Of a DNA stretch of 64,000 nt, positions 39,584 through 50,061 are shown piece by piece. A model generated the notes under the pieces. It was not told the DNA's origin, did no database searches, and saw only the letters and a list, made by a program, of their open reading frames with translations. Each line of letters begins with the position of its first letter. The first letter of the stretch is position 1. The DNA is from an uncultured Verrucomicrobiae bacterium (GTDB lineage: Bacteria > Verrucomicrobiota > Verrucomicrobiia > Chthoniobacterales > JAATET01). The position numbers and the translations under genes were made by a program. Location of the stretch: contig CAVRCI010000009.1 of NCBI GenBank assembly GCA_963719495.1, forward strand, positions 64,001 through 128,000, written 5' to 3'.

Positions 39584-40543
39584 ATGCTCTCCATCATCAT
39601 CCCCGTTTACAACGAGCACGAGGCCATCGGCCCGCTCTTCGAGAAGACCGCCGAAGTCATGCGGACGACCAATCGCCCGTGGGAGGTCATTTTCGTCAAC
39701 GACGGCAGCACCGACGGCTCCGAGGAGGTCCTCGACGAGATCGCCGAAGCCAATCCCGAGGTCAAGGTCCTGCATTTCCGGCGGAATTTCGGCCAGACCG
39801 CCGCGATGATGGCCGGTTTCGACTATGCGCTCGGCGACATCATCATCCCGATGGATGGCGATTATCAAAACGATCCGGAGGACATCCCGAAGATGCTCGT
39901 CAAGCTCGACGAAGGCTTCGACGTCGTTTCGGGTTGGCGCAAGGACCGGCAGGACAACGCCATCAAGCGGAATTTCCCGAGCATCATGGCGAACAACCTT
40001 ATCTCGTTCGTTTCGGGTGTGCGCCTCCACGATTTCGGCTGCTCGCTCAAGGCCTACCGCCGCGAGGTGATCGAAGGCGTCCGGCTCTACGGCGAGATGC
40101 ACCGCTTCCTCCCGATCTACACGAGCTGGCACGGCGCGAAGATCGCCGAAGTGGTGGTCAATCACTTCAAACGCCGCACCGGCAAATCCAAATACGGCCT
40201 CGAGCGAGTCCTCAAAGTCCTGCTCGATCTGATGGTCGTCAAATTCCTCGACCGCCATCAGCAGAAGCCGATGTATGTCTTCGGCCTCGCGGGCTTCATC
40301 ATGCTGGCCGCGTCGTTCGGATTCGGACTCTGGGCGCTCATCCTCAACGTCTTCGGCGGCAAACCTTTCATCACGACCCCGCTTCCCCTGATGACGATCT
40401 TCACGCTGATGACCGGCGTCATCTGTGTCCTCATGGGACTGCTCGCCGAAATGATCACCCGCACCTTCCACGAGTCGACCGGCAAGCGAATCTACCTCAT
40501 CCGCGAAAGCCGCAACGTCGACCACGATCCTGAAATTGCGTAG
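39584..40543 (+). CDS. Glycosyltransferase family 2 (ArnC/polyprenol-phosphate glycosyltransferase-like)
   Basis: SIIIPVYNE, VNDGSTDGS, RRNFGQTAA, MDGDYQNDP, two C-terminal TMs. Confidence 0.95.
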   Translation: MLSIIIPVYNEHEAIGPLFEKTAEVMRTTNRPWEVIFVNDGSTDGSEEVLDEIAEANPEVKVLHFRRNFGQTAAMMAGFDYALGDIIIPMDGDYQNDPEDIPKMLVKLDEGFDVVSGWRKDRQDNAIKRNFPSIMANNLISFVSGVRLHDFGCSLKAYRREVIEGVRLYGEMHRFLPIYTSWHGAKIAEVVVNHFKRRTGKSKYGLERVLKVLLDLMVVKFLDRHQQKPMYVFGLAGFIMLAASFGFGLWALILNVFGGKPFITTPLPLMTIFTLMTGVICVLMGLLAEMITRTFHESTGKRIYLIRESRNVDHDPEIA

Positions 40544-40788
40544 CCGGCCCGCGCAGACGGTCTCGATCGGTCACCCTCGGCGAAAGCCCAGCCATCGTCC
40601 AAAGCAGGTAGGGAAGCCGCGCCGCCGGGTTCCGTGACCTGCTCCCAGAGCGCGCGAGCCACCCGTGGCGATTAACCCGCCACGCGGCAACCGAAGTCGA
40701 GGGAAGCCAAAAAAACTCCGTCCAGCGTGGCTTCCCGAACCCTCCAAAGAAAAATCGCCTCGCGCAAAATGGCAAACGCGATCACCGG

Positions 40789-41628
40789 TCAACCCATCAC
40801 CGGCAACGCATCCCGGTAGCTTGGAAACTCCAGCTCCCAGCCCGTCGCCCGCAGCTTCGCATTCGACACCCGCTTGTTCGTCACCCCGCGCTTCCGGTTC
40901 GGATCGACCGCCCCCGGTGGCGGCAGCGGGCGGTCGAAATGCTCCGCCAGCCAGCCGTAGACCTCCCGCTGAGTCGCGCTCACGTCATCGACGACGTTGT
41001 AGACTCCCGGCTGGACCTCGCCGCCGGCCAGGAGAAACAGCGCCCGCGCCGCGTCATCCCGGTGGATTTGGTTGATCCACCGCCCACCCCCGTCTTCGAT
41101 TGTCGCCGAGCCGTCCAAGAATTTCCGCATCAGCACCGACCGGTCCGGCCCGTAGATTCCGCCCAACCGCGCCACCGATCCGCCCGCGTCCAACGCGATG
41201 CGCTCCGCTTCGAGCAGCACCCGCCCCGTCTCGCGATCCGGCTCCGTCGCGCTTGTCTCGTCGACGACGTCCCCGTCCGCCTGCCCGTAGACCGATGTGC
41301 TTCCGGTGAAAACCATCCGCGCCCCCGGACACGCCGCCACGAGGTTGCGCAGACCGTCCCGATACACCCGACGATAGGCATCCACCCCACCCCGCCCCGA
41401 ACTGGCGCAATGAACGACCGAATCGAATGGTCCAAATCTCTCCGCGAACGTCCCGACCGCCCGCGCATCTCCGAGGTCGGAGTCTCCCACGGTGAACGAA
41501 CCTCCACCCAGCGCCTCCGCCGACTCCCGCGAGGCCGTCATCCCAACAACCCGCCAGCCCGTGGACACAAAAAAGCCGACGGCAGCTCCACCAAGGAAGC
41601 CACAGCCGGCGATGAGAACTTTCGGCAC
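40789..41628 (-). CDS. NAD-dependent epimerase/atypical SDR family protein
   Basis: VLIAGCGFLG, STSVYG, RLGGIYGP, NQIHRDDAA. Confidence 0.9.
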   Translation of the reverse strand: MPKVLIAGCGFLGGAAVGFFVSTGWRVVGMTASRESAEALGGGSFTVGDSDLGDARAVGTFAERFGPFDSVVHCASSGRGGVDAYRRVYRDGLRNLVAACPGARMVFTGSTSVYGQADGDVVDETSATEPDRETGRVLLEAERIALDAGGSVARLGGIYGPDRSVLMRKFLDGSATIEDGGGRWINQIHRDDAARALFLLAGGEVQPGVYNVVDDVSATQREVYGWLAEHFDRPLPPPGAVDPNRKRGVTNKRVSNAKLRATGWELEFPSYRDALPVMG

Positions 41629-41643
41629 AGCGTGCGCCTGAAA

Positions 41644-41847
41644 TTAGTTCAGGTTGAAATTGAAGCGGAACTTCTGTTTGGCCTTCTTCGCGTTGGACTT
41701 CGCCTTGCGGCGCATCTTCTGCGTTGGCGTCTCGAATGCGCGTAGACGACGCACCTCTTCCAGCACTCCCTCGGTCTCCAGTTTGGACTTGAGGCGCTTG
41801 AGGGCGCGGTCGATTGGCTCTCCTTTTCGAACGGTAACTTCCGGCAT
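41644..41847 (-). CDS. rpsU: 30S ribosomal protein S21
   Basis: MPEVTVRKGEPIDRALKRLK...FETP. Confidence 0.95.
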   Translation of the reverse strand: MPEVTVRKGEPIDRALKRLKSKLETEGVLEEVRRLRAFETPTQKMRRKAKSNAKKAKQKFRFNFNLN

Positions 41848-42222
41848 GAACTTATTTCACCTACTTTCTTCCAGCCTCGGATTGGTCGATGAGGCGGATT
41901 GCCAAACTGCAACGCTCGCGCAAGTCGATCAAGCGTAAACTTTCCCCAATTCGATCCGATTCCGAATCCAGCTGGCGGCGGCAAAGCCAAATCTCGACCG
42001 CGCACTTCGGGCAACTTGGCGGTCCACGCCGCGTGGAGGAAAAACGCTTCGCTCGCGGGCGGGGTCGCTCGCCAACGCGCGGGGAGCCCCCGCTCCACCC
42101 GCAATCGGCGGACCAAGGCATGATCCTGAAAAGATCCCGGCAACGGGAGGCGGGATTTGAAAATCCCCGCGGCGATCCCGCCGCCTCGTACCCCGATCTC
42201 GACCGGGATCGCAGCCCCGCGG

Positions 42223-44583
42223 CTACACCGGGTCAGCCGTGCCCTTCGATCCACTCGACGTCCGCCGCATCGCCTCGCTCTCGAGCACCTCGCGCCGGAT
42301 GTTCCGACCACGAAGCCGCGTCCACCACAGCACGATCGGAGAGGCCACGAAGATCGACGAGAACGTTCCCACGAGGATACCCATCAGGATCGCAAAGGCG
42401 AAATCCTCCAGCACCGCGCCTCCGAAGAAGAACAACGCGCCGACCGACAACGCCGTCGTGCCGCCCGTCAGGATCGTCCGCCCCAACGTCTCGTTGATCG
42501 CCTCGTTCATGAGCTCCTGCACCGATCCGGACTTGCCCGACTTCAGACTTTCGCGAATTCGATCGAAGACCACGATGGTATCGTTGATTGAATAGCCCGC
42601 GATCGTCAGCACCGCGCCGACCATCACGAGCGATAGCTCGCCGCCGATCAGTGAGAAAAGCCCGAGGGTGATGATCACGTCGTGGAACACCGCCGCAACC
42701 GCGCCGAGCGCGAACGAGAATTCGAACCTCACGGTAACGTAAATCAGAATCCCGACCATGCCGAGGCCGAGCGCCCACAGGGCCTTGGTCGCGAATTCCA
42801 TCCCGATCCGAGCCCCGACCGTGTCCTCACCCTCGACCACGATCCCGCGGTCTGGATAAGCCGCCGCGACGGCTTCGTAGACTTCGCGCCCCTTCCCTTC
42901 CAACGTTCGGAAGGTCAGCATCTCGCTCGTTCCCTCGCGCTCGATTTGAATGACGGTCGATTCGCTCAGGCCCGTCGGCTCGATCGCCGCCCGCGCCTCC
43001 GGCACCGACACCGGCACCTGCGTGTTCACCACCAACAAATCGCCACCCCGGAAATCGATCCCGAAATTATTCGCTCCACGCAGCGCGAAGATGGCGATCG
43101 AACCCACGATCATTCCGACCGAGAGGAAGACCGCCAGTTTTCGCTTCCCGAGGAAATCGATCCGCTTCTCCGGGATGATGTTCATCATCGTCAGTTTGCT
43201 GAGATGACCCTTGTCGATCAGCCAGCGGAACGCCGTGCGCGTCACCAGCAGGGCCGAGAACATCGAGGCGATGATGCCCAGCGTGAGCGTGACCGCGAAG
43301 CCCTTCACCGAGCCGGTCGCCTGAAGAAACAAGATCACCGACGTGATCAGCGTCGTCAGATTCGCATCGAAAATGGCGCTGAACGCTTTTTCGTAGGCCC
43401 CATTCACCGCGGCGGCCATCGATTTGCCAGCGTTCATCTCTTCCCTCAGCCGCTCGTAAATGAGCACGTTGGCGTCCACCGCCATGCCGATCGTGAGAAT
43501 GATGCCCGCGATGCCCGGCAGGGTGAGGACGAAATTGAACATCGCCATCATGCCGAAGAGCAGCAGGATATTCACCGATAGGCCAACGAGCGCGATGATG
43601 CCCGCGAATCGGTAGTAGAGCAGGACAAAGACCACCACGAAACCGAGGCCGAGCAGTCCCGCGTAGAGTCCCGCGCGGATCGAATCGGCTCCCAGGGTCG
43701 GAGACACGCTGCGCGTCTCCTCGATCGCGACCGGCACCCGAAGCGGATTTTCCAGCGAGCTGGCCAGATCCCGGGCCTCCGCCTCGTCGAAGTTCCCCGT
43801 GATGGTCGCCCGCCCGCCAAAGCGATCTTCCTGAAGCGTCGGCGCCGACAGAATCTTGCCGTCCAGAATGATGGCGAGCTGGTTGCCCTTGTTTGCCGAA
43901 GCGAGATTGTCGAACAACTTCGCGCCCTCGGAATTGAATTCCAAACTCACTCCCCAACCCTGCTGATCGTAATACGCGTAGGCCTTCGAGACGAATTCGC
44001 CGCTGAAATCCGCCTTCCGGTTGATCACCATCGGAGTCTCGGTCACGATTCCCTCCGACGACTCGTCCTCGTATTGCCGGACTTCGAGGCCCGGCGGCAT
44101 GATTGCCGTCCCCGCCTCGACCTGCCGCAAGAGGGCCTCGCCACGAGGGTCGACGACGGAAAACTCCAGCTTCGCGACCTGCTGCAGTTTCTCCTTCGTC
44201 CGCTGCATCTGCTCGTTGTCGAGCCCCGGGATCTGGACCATGATCCGGTCGTCACCCTGCGGCGCGATGTCCGGCTCGCCCACGCCATCCTTGTCCACGC
44301 GAGCCCGAATGACCTCCACCGCCTGGTCCAGCAGGTCCTTCGTGATCGGCGGCTGCCCAGGCTCACGCACGAGTCGGATCAGGAACGACGTCCCGCCCCG
44401 CAGATCGAGCCCGAGGCGGATGTGCTTCGACACGGGAAACAGCTCCTGCGCGCAGAAAGCGACGAGCAACACCGTCAGGACGAGACCCAGCCAGCGCTTT
44501 CGCCCGAAGAGTTCAGTGGAAAAATACCAGGCGAAAAGCGCGAGGATCAGCAGGCCAAAAACGAAAACGAGTCCAGGAGACAT
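42223..44583 (-). CDS. secDF: Fused protein translocase subunit SecDF
   Basis: LGLDLRGG, GMAVDANVLIYER, FGIDFRGG, GYSINDTIVVFDRIRE in one ORF. Confidence 0.97.
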   Translation of the reverse strand: MSPGLVFVFGLLILALFAWYFSTELFGRKRWLGLVLTVLLVAFCAQELFPVSKHIRLGLDLRGGTSFLIRLVREPGQPPITKDLLDQAVEVIRARVDKDGVGEPDIAPQGDDRIMVQIPGLDNEQMQRTKEKLQQVAKLEFSVVDPRGEALLRQVEAGTAIMPPGLEVRQYEDESSEGIVTETPMVINRKADFSGEFVSKAYAYYDQQGWGVSLEFNSEGAKLFDNLASANKGNQLAIILDGKILSAPTLQEDRFGGRATITGNFDEAEARDLASSLENPLRVPVAIEETRSVSPTLGADSIRAGLYAGLLGLGFVVVFVLLYYRFAGIIALVGLSVNILLLFGMMAMFNFVLTLPGIAGIILTIGMAVDANVLIYERLREEMNAGKSMAAAVNGAYEKAFSAIFDANLTTLITSVILFLQATGSVKGFAVTLTLGIIASMFSALLVTRTAFRWLIDKGHLSKLTMMNIIPEKRIDFLGKRKLAVFLSVGMIVGSIAIFALRGANNFGIDFRGGDLLVVNTQVPVSVPEARAAIEPTGLSESTVIQIEREGTSEMLTFRTLEGKGREVYEAVAAAYPDRGIVVEGEDTVGARIGMEFATKALWALGLGMVGILIYVTVRFEFSFALGAVAAVFHDVIITLGLFSLIGGELSLVMVGAVLTIAGYSINDTIVVFDRIRESLKSGKSGSVQELMNEAINETLGRTILTGGTTALSVGALFFFGGAVLEDFAFAILMGILVGTFSSIFVASPIVLWWTRLRGRNIRREVLESEAMRRTSSGSKGTADPV

Positions 44584-44631
44584 GGGTGTCGGGAAGAGGG
44601 GAAAAATTGAGAATCGCTAACCGGGTCGGTG

Positions 44632-44970
44632 TCAGGAGGCCTTCTGGCCGATTTCCTTACCTTCCTTGACCACCGTCACGATGCTGCCGCGGTCGAACTC
44701 GAGCTTCACGTTATCCGCCACCCGCACGAGCACCGTGCGGTCCTTGAGGTTCGTGATCACTCCGTGAATGCCCGCGTTCGTCACCACCCGATCCCCGGTC
44801 TCGAGGGCGGCAACCAGTTTCGCCTGATCCTTCGCCTTCTTCTGCTGCGGACGAATCAAGAGGAAGTAGAAGACGACAAAAATGAAAATCAGCGGAACGA
44901 ACTGCATCCACGGAGCCGGAGCCGCCGGATCAGTCGCCTGCGCGAGGAAAAGAAAATCGGTCAGATTCAT
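44632..44970 (-). CDS. yajC: Preprotein translocase subunit YajC
   Basis: FYFLLIRPQQKK, GDRVVTNAGIHG; directly upstream of secDF. Confidence 0.97.
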   Translation of the reverse strand: MNLTDFLFLAQATDPAAPAPWMQFVPLIFIFVVFYFLLIRPQQKKAKDQAKLVAALETGDRVVTNAGIHGVITNLKDRTVLVRVADNVKLEFDRGSIVTVVKEGKEIGQKAS

Positions 44971-45042
44971 AACGAGCCGAGCAAGCTACGCAGCCCCACC
45001 CGCGCTGACAAGCGACAAAGCCACGCCATCGCCGCTCCATCC

Positions 45043-45067
45043 AATTTTGTAAAAAATGGACAAAATT
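45043..45067. promoter_or_regulatory. Inverted repeat, candidate antitoxin operator
   Basis: AATTTTGT-N9-ACAAAATT ending 26 bp before the antitoxin ATG. Confidence 0.55.
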
Positions 45068-45093
45068 TAGCGCAAAGCCTATCGTCTCCTCCT

Positions 45094-45459
45094 ATGAGCA
45101 CGATCGCCGAACGCCATTCCGCCAACACCCTCCGAGACCTGCCCACCGTCTCCGCGACGACGCTCAAAAACTCCATCGGCGACGTCTTCGAGAAACTCGC
45201 CGCCGCCAGCGCGGTCGTGATCAGCCGACACGAGAAGCCCCACGCCGTCCTCCTCTCCGTCGACGAATACGACAAGCTCAGCGCTTACCGCTCGAACACC
45301 ATCCGCGATCTGGAGGAGGAGTATTACCGGATGTTCAAAGCGCAGGACACGCCGGAGGGCCGCGCGAGGATGGCCCGACTAATGAACGCCACATCCGAGG
45401 AACTTGGTGAAGCTGCGGTGCGAGGCGCTCGGACAAAGACTCCAGCCCACGCATCGTGA
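45094..45459 (+). CDS. Phd/YefM family antitoxin
   Basis: TVSATTLKNSIGDVFE...VVISRHEKPHAVLLSVDEY. Confidence 0.85.
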   Translation: MSTIAERHSANTLRDLPTVSATTLKNSIGDVFEKLAAASAVVISRHEKPHAVLLSVDEYDKLSAYRSNTIRDLEEEYYRMFKAQDTPEGRARMARLMNATSEELGEAAVRGARTKTPAHAS

Positions 45460-46115
45460 ACGAGCGCATCATCGTCCTAGCCGGAGTCAACGGTGCTGGG
45501 AAAAGCAGCGTGGGTGGAGAATTCCTACGCGAAGCGGCGTCTAGTTACTACAACCCCGACGAAGCCGCCCGCCAGATCCGCGCCATCCACCCCCGGATCA
45601 CGCTCCCCGACGCCAACGGCCAAGCCTGGCAAATGGGCCGCGCCCTGCTGGAGCGTTCGATCACCGAAAAATTCGCCTTCGCCTTCGAGACCACCCTCGG
45701 CGGCAACACCATCCCAGCCGTCCTCCGCCGTGCCGCCGAAGCGGGCCGCCCCGTCGAAATGTGGTTCGTCGGCCTCGCCACCGTCGACCTCCACCTCCAA
45801 CGGGTCGCCGAACGCGTCCGCAAGGGCGGCCACCCCATCCCCGAAGCCGCCATCCGTCAGCGCTGGACCCGCAGCCGCGAAAATCTCATCGCGCTCATGC
45901 CGCACCTCCATCACCTCCGCCTCTTCGACAATTCCACCGAGGCCGATCCGACCGCCGGCAAATCGCCCGAACCCGTCCTCCTCCTCGAGCTTCGCCAAGG
46001 CCGCATCACGGCCCCCGCCGACCTCACCCGCACCCCCGATTGGGCGAAAAGCCTGATCGCCGCCGCGGTCAAGCTCCAGCAGCGAACCCCCCAGGAAGGC
46101 CCCGCCTCCGGCTAA
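45456..46115 (+). CDS. Zeta-toxin-like P-loop ATPase/kinase
   Basis: LAGVNGAGKSS, NPDE, FAFETTL, RVAERVRKGGHPIPE, LFDNS; GTGA overlap with the antitoxin. Confidence 0.88.
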   Translation: MNERIIVLAGVNGAGKSSVGGEFLREAASSYYNPDEAARQIRAIHPRITLPDANGQAWQMGRALLERSITEKFAFAFETTLGGNTIPAVLRRAAEAGRPVEMWFVGLATVDLHLQRVAERVRKGGHPIPEAAIRQRWTRSRENLIALMPHLHHLRLFDNSTEADPTAGKSPEPVLLLELRQGRITAPADLTRTPDWAKSLIAAAVKLQQRTPQEGPASG

Positions 46116-47473
46116 GTGACCTTCCGGATGAAATTCTCCGCCAGCGCCTCGTAAAGCGCCACCGGGCAGATTTTCCGCGAGACCTCGTAAGCCACGATCG
46201 CCGCCAGCGCCAAAGGCAGGGTGAAAGCGATCGCCCCCGTCATCTCGACGAGGATCACCGCCGCCGTCAGCGGGCTCTGCACCACCCCGGAAAAATAGGC
46301 GACGATGAACAGCAACACCACCGCCTGCGCGGGAGCCCCGGTCCACGCCAGCCACGGCGCGCACATTTTCCCCAAGCCCGCGCCCACCGAAAACGACGGA
46401 TCGAACAACCCACCCGGGATCCCCGTCAGCAACGCCAGCATCGAAGCCGAAGCCCGGTAAACCGGATACATCGGCCCCATCGCCGCCCGGGTTTCCGCAA
46501 TTTCCGCCCGCTCCTCCGCCGACAAAGTCGCGAGATACTCGTCGCTCCCCTCCAAGACCACCGCGCGAGCCTCCGCGTAACCGCTCCCCAGCGTCCGCCC
46601 CCCGGACACCATCGCCAGCGACGCCATCGCCAACCCGAAAATCAAGGCCACCACCCAAAACCGCCGCCGAATCCAGCCCGACACCACCGGCATCGCCCGC
46701 AGCAGCACCCACGAAAATCCCCCACCCAACGCCCCGCCGACCACACCGATCAGCGCGACCGCGAGCCAGGGACCAACCGTCAGAAACTCCAGCGGCATCA
46801 CCCGCCCGAAATCGAGCCGCCCGTAGAAAAAATAATCCCCGAACGGCACCGCGCAGACGACGCAAGCCACCACCACCGTTCGCACCATCGTCCCGATATT
46901 CCCCTTCTCGAACGACCGCCCTATCTCCTCGAAGGAAAAAATCATCCCCGCGATCGGCGCGTTGAACGCCGACGCGATTCCGGCCGCCCCCCCAGCCAGG
47001 ATCATCCCCCGCTGCGCCAGATGGACGGGAAAATTCCCCCACCGAGCCACCAGATTCATGAAGCAAGCTCCCAGCTGCACCGACGGCCCCTCCCGCCCAA
47101 TCGACAAAAACGAAAACAACCCGAGCGTCGTGAGAAGCGCCTTCCCGCCCGCGATCCGCATCGACAGCAGCCGTTCCCGTTCCGCCCCCGGCCCCAGCTT
47201 GAGCGCCGCGATCGTCTGCGGAATCCCCGTACCGTCCGACCCCACGAAATACCGATCCCGCAAAAACAAAATCAACCCCAGCCCCACGGGCATAACGAGA
47301 AACATCCACCCCGGGGAGCCACCCCAAACCCGGCCCCCCGCGACCTCCGACCAACCCTCGGCCCACTCGAAGTAAAGCGCCCCGAGGCCAGCGAAAACCG
47401 CCCCCAAAACCGCCAAAAACCCCGCCCTCATCCAATCCGCAATCCGCAGTCCCAAATCCGCAATCCCCCTCAC
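46112..47473 (-). CDS. ClC family chloride channel / H+/Cl- exchanger
   Basis: GTGIP, GREGPSVQ, GIASAFNAPIAG, PGGLF motifs; start uncertain (GTG 47473 or ATG 47431). Confidence 0.92.
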   Translation of the reverse strand: MRGIADLGLRIADWMRAGFLAVLGAVFAGLGALYFEWAEGWSEVAGGRVWGGSPGWMFLVMPVGLGLILFLRDRYFVGSDGTGIPQTIAALKLGPGAERERLLSMRIAGGKALLTTLGLFSFLSIGREGPSVQLGACFMNLVARWGNFPVHLAQRGMILAGGAAGIASAFNAPIAGMIFSFEEIGRSFEKGNIGTMVRTVVVACVVCAVPFGDYFFYGRLDFGRVMPLEFLTVGPWLAVALIGVVGGALGGGFSWVLLRAMPVVSGWIRRRFWVVALIFGLAMASLAMVSGGRTLGSGYAEARAVVLEGSDEYLATLSAEERAEIAETRAAMGPMYPVYRASASMLALLTGIPGGLFDPSFSVGAGLGKMCAPWLAWTGAPAQAVVLLFIVAYFSGVVQSPLTAAVILVEMTGAIAFTLPLALAAIVAYEVSRKICPVALYEALAENFIRKVT

Positions 47474-48270
47474 GCTCCCATCATCCAAACGTTGGTCGGG
47501 ATCACCTGCAGCAGCCAATCCATGTGCGACGGCAGCACCCGCCGCTCCCCGTCACTCGACCACGGCACGACCAGCAGCTTCGCCCCCGAGTGCTCGACGA
47601 AATCACACGCCGCGAACCCCGTATTCGACCGGATGATCGCCGTATCCGCCTCCCCGTCGAACCCGTCGACTTCGTCCAGCAGCTCCGCGAATTCCTCCTC
47701 GCTCTCCGGCAGCCGCACGCTTCCCGACGAAGCCATCGCCTCGTCGAACGGCGTGATCACGGTAAAAAACGTCACCCGCTTCGAGCCGAGCCGTGCCGCC
47801 AGCTCGCAGGCCCGGTTCAGCGCCGGAACGGACAGATTTTTTAAATCCACCTGCACCAGGATCGTCTCCGTCGCCCGCTCCAGCTCCTCCGGCCGCGGAA
47901 AGAGCAGCAGATCGCAGGAACACCGCTGCAGAAGCTCGCGCGCGACGCCACCCAAAAAATTCCGATGCTCGCTCTCCCGTTCCATCGCACCCGCCAGGAG
48001 CAGATCCACCTGATTCATCCGGCAAGCGTTGAGAATCGCGTCGGCGGGAGTCGCCGCCCGACCCCAGAGCACCGGAGTCTCCGCCGTTCGGTCGAGCGCC
48101 TGCATGGCCCCCGCAAATCTCTCCGCCCGCCCGTCCTCCGCGTCATCCGCGTGAATGATGCTCAACTTCGCCGCCAGCAGCCGCGCCACCCGGTCCGCCT
48201 CCGCCAACACGGCAAGAAACCGCGGCGAAAACGTCGAAGCAACGGCAATATGGCGATAAGCGTCCGGCAT
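47470..48270 (-). CDS. Universal stress protein (tandem Usp domains)
   Basis: YRHIAVA..., ADAIL...VDLLLAG...FLGGVARELLQRCSCDLL. Confidence 0.85.
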   Translation of the reverse strand: MPDAYRHIAVASTFSPRFLAVLAEADRVARLLAAKLSIIHADDAEDGRAERFAGAMQALDRTAETPVLWGRAATPADAILNACRMNQVDLLLAGAMERESEHRNFLGGVARELLQRCSCDLLLFPRPEELERATETILVQVDLKNLSVPALNRACELAARLGSKRVTFFTVITPFDEAMASSGSVRLPESEEEFAELLDEVDGFDGEADTAIIRSNTGFAACDFVEHSGAKLLVVPWSSDGERRVLPSHMDWLLQVIPTNVWMMGA

Positions 48271-48370
48271 CAAAAAAAACGACACCGCCGTTTAATCGCG
48301 AAACCCCACCCCGTCACCAGAAAACGGGGCACCGCTTCCAGCACAGGCGATGGGCAACCGCCAAACCACG

Positions 48371-48431
48371 CTCAAGGAACGGCGATTTGCAATCGCCCAA
48401 CCCCCTCAAGGAACGGCGATTTGCAATCGCC
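48371..48431. repeat. Two direct copies of palindromic CTCAAGGAACGGCGATTTGCAATCGCC
   Basis: 48371-48397 and 48405-48431; GGCGATT-TGC-AATCGCC hairpin; related sequences near 51411 and 52182. Confidence 0.8.
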
Positions 48432-48464
48432 GCACCAACCCAAAGCGAAGCTCAAATCCCCACC

Positions 48465-50015
48465 TCACGGCGTCGCCACCACCACATCCCGGTTCAAAGC
48501 CTCGAGCGCAATCGCGCGATTGATCGCGTTCACGTAAGCCCGCGCGCTCCCCTCGACCACGTCCGTGCTCGCGCCCTTGCCCGTCACCAGTTCGCCGTCG
48601 CCGAAATCGATTTTCACCGTCACTTCACCCAGGGAATCCCGACCACTCGTCACCGCGCCCACGTGATACGAGGCCAGCGTCCCGCTCCGCTTCGAAATCC
48701 GGTCGATCGCCTGCATCGCCGCGTCCACCGCGCCATTCCCCGGACTCGAATCCGTCAACACCTCGTCGCCGTGGCGCAACCGCACCGTCGCCGTCGGCAC
48801 CGTCGTCGTGCCACTCGTCACGTTCAGATATTCCAGCGCGTAGGTCTCGTTCGAGTTCCCGATCGAGTCATCGACCAGTGCCGACAAATCATCGTCGTAG
48901 ACGAACTTCTTCTTATCCCCGACCTCCTTGAACCGCAGAAAAACCGCGCCGACCTCCTCGTCCGTCAACTTGAACCCCAAATGCTCCAACCGCGAAGCCA
49001 TCGCGTGCCGCCCGGAGTGTTTCGTCAGCGGCAGCTCCGTCCCGCCCCAGCCCACCGCCTTCGGGTCCATGATCTCATACGTCTCCCGCTTCTTGAGAAT
49101 GCCGTCCTGATGAATCCCCGACGAATGCGCGAAAGCGTTCTCGCCCACGACCGCCTTGCTCCGCGCCACCTGCAGCCCGCTCATCCGGGCGACCAACCGC
49201 GACGTTTTCAGGATCTCCGTCGAAACCACGCCCGTCGCGGCCCCGCCGAAAAAGTCCGGCCGCGTCTTCAGCGCCATCACCACTTCTTCCAAGGCGCAAT
49301 TCCCCGCCCGCTCACCGATCCCATTGAACGTCCCCTCGACCTGCCGCGCTCCCGCCCGCACCGCCGCCAGCGAATTCGCCACCGCCAGACCCAGATCGTC
49401 GTGGCAATGCACGCTGATCACCGCGTCGTCGATGTTGCGCACGTTCGAGCGCAGGTAGCCGATCAGCTCCGCGTATTGATCCGGCATCGCCCAGCCGACC
49501 GTGTCCGGGATGTTCACCGTCGTCGCCCCCGCCTCGATCGCCGCCTCCACGACCTTGGCCAAAAACTCCGGCTCCGTCCGCGAAGCATCCTCGGGCGAGA
49601 ATTCCACGTCCTTCGTCAGAGCCTTCGCCCGCCGCACGCCCTCCACCGCCATGCGAATGATTTCCTCCTCCGCTTTGCGTAGTTTGAACTCACGGTGAAT
49701 CGCCGAAGTCGCCAGGAAAACGTGAATCCGCCCCCGCTCGCCCGCCGGCTTCACCGCCGCCCCCGCCGCGTCGATGTCCTTCGCCACGCACCGCGCCAGC
49801 CCACAAATCACCGGCCCGCGGACCTCCTCCGCGATGCGCCGCACCGATTCGAAGTCGCCATCGCTAATGACCGGGAACCCCGCCTCGATCACGTCGACGT
49901 TGGCGCGCTCCAGTTGCCGCGCGATTTCCATTTTCTCGCGCAAATTCATCGAAGCGCCCGGGCACTGTTCCCCGTCACGCAAAGTCGTATCAAAAATAAT
50001 TACCTGGTCTGACAT
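48465..50015 (-). CDS. leuA: 2-isopropylmalate synthase
   Basis: FDTTLRDGEQ, HCHDDLG, GIGERAGN, AHSSGIHQDG, C-terminal regulatory domain. Confidence 0.98.
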   Translation of the reverse strand: MSDQVIIFDTTLRDGEQCPGASMNLREKMEIARQLERANVDVIEAGFPVISDGDFESVRRIAEEVRGPVICGLARCVAKDIDAAGAAVKPAGERGRIHVFLATSAIHREFKLRKAEEEIIRMAVEGVRRAKALTKDVEFSPEDASRTEPEFLAKVVEAAIEAGATTVNIPDTVGWAMPDQYAELIGYLRSNVRNIDDAVISVHCHDDLGLAVANSLAAVRAGARQVEGTFNGIGERAGNCALEEVVMALKTRPDFFGGAATGVVSTEILKTSRLVARMSGLQVARSKAVVGENAFAHSSGIHQDGILKKRETYEIMDPKAVGWGGTELPLTKHSGRHAMASRLEHLGFKLTDEEVGAVFLRFKEVGDKKKFVYDDDLSALVDDSIGNSNETYALEYLNVTSGTTTVPTATVRLRHGDEVLTDSSPGNGAVDAAMQAIDRISKRSGTLASYHVGAVTSGRDSLGEVTVKIDFGDGELVTGKGASTDVVEGSARAYVNAINRAIALEALNRDVVVATP

Positions 50016-50061
50016 TTTAAAAATAAAGTTCTCCGGCGAGGAAGAGATGAGGGATCACGGA

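Noticed and set aside
41850..42222. tRNA or riboswitch in larger intergenic gaps (also 13135-13567, 25194-25468, 40544-40788)
   Set aside because: No cloverleaf, T-loop consensus or recognisable riboswitch core seen by eye; tRNAscan-SE and Infernal would be needed to exclude them fully.
45525..48013. Long alternative-frame or antisense ORFs (636 aa, 750 aa, and similar ones at 28288, 52116, 56467, 61354)
   Set aside because: Arg/Pro/Gly-rich shadows of real genes, expected in high-GC DNA.
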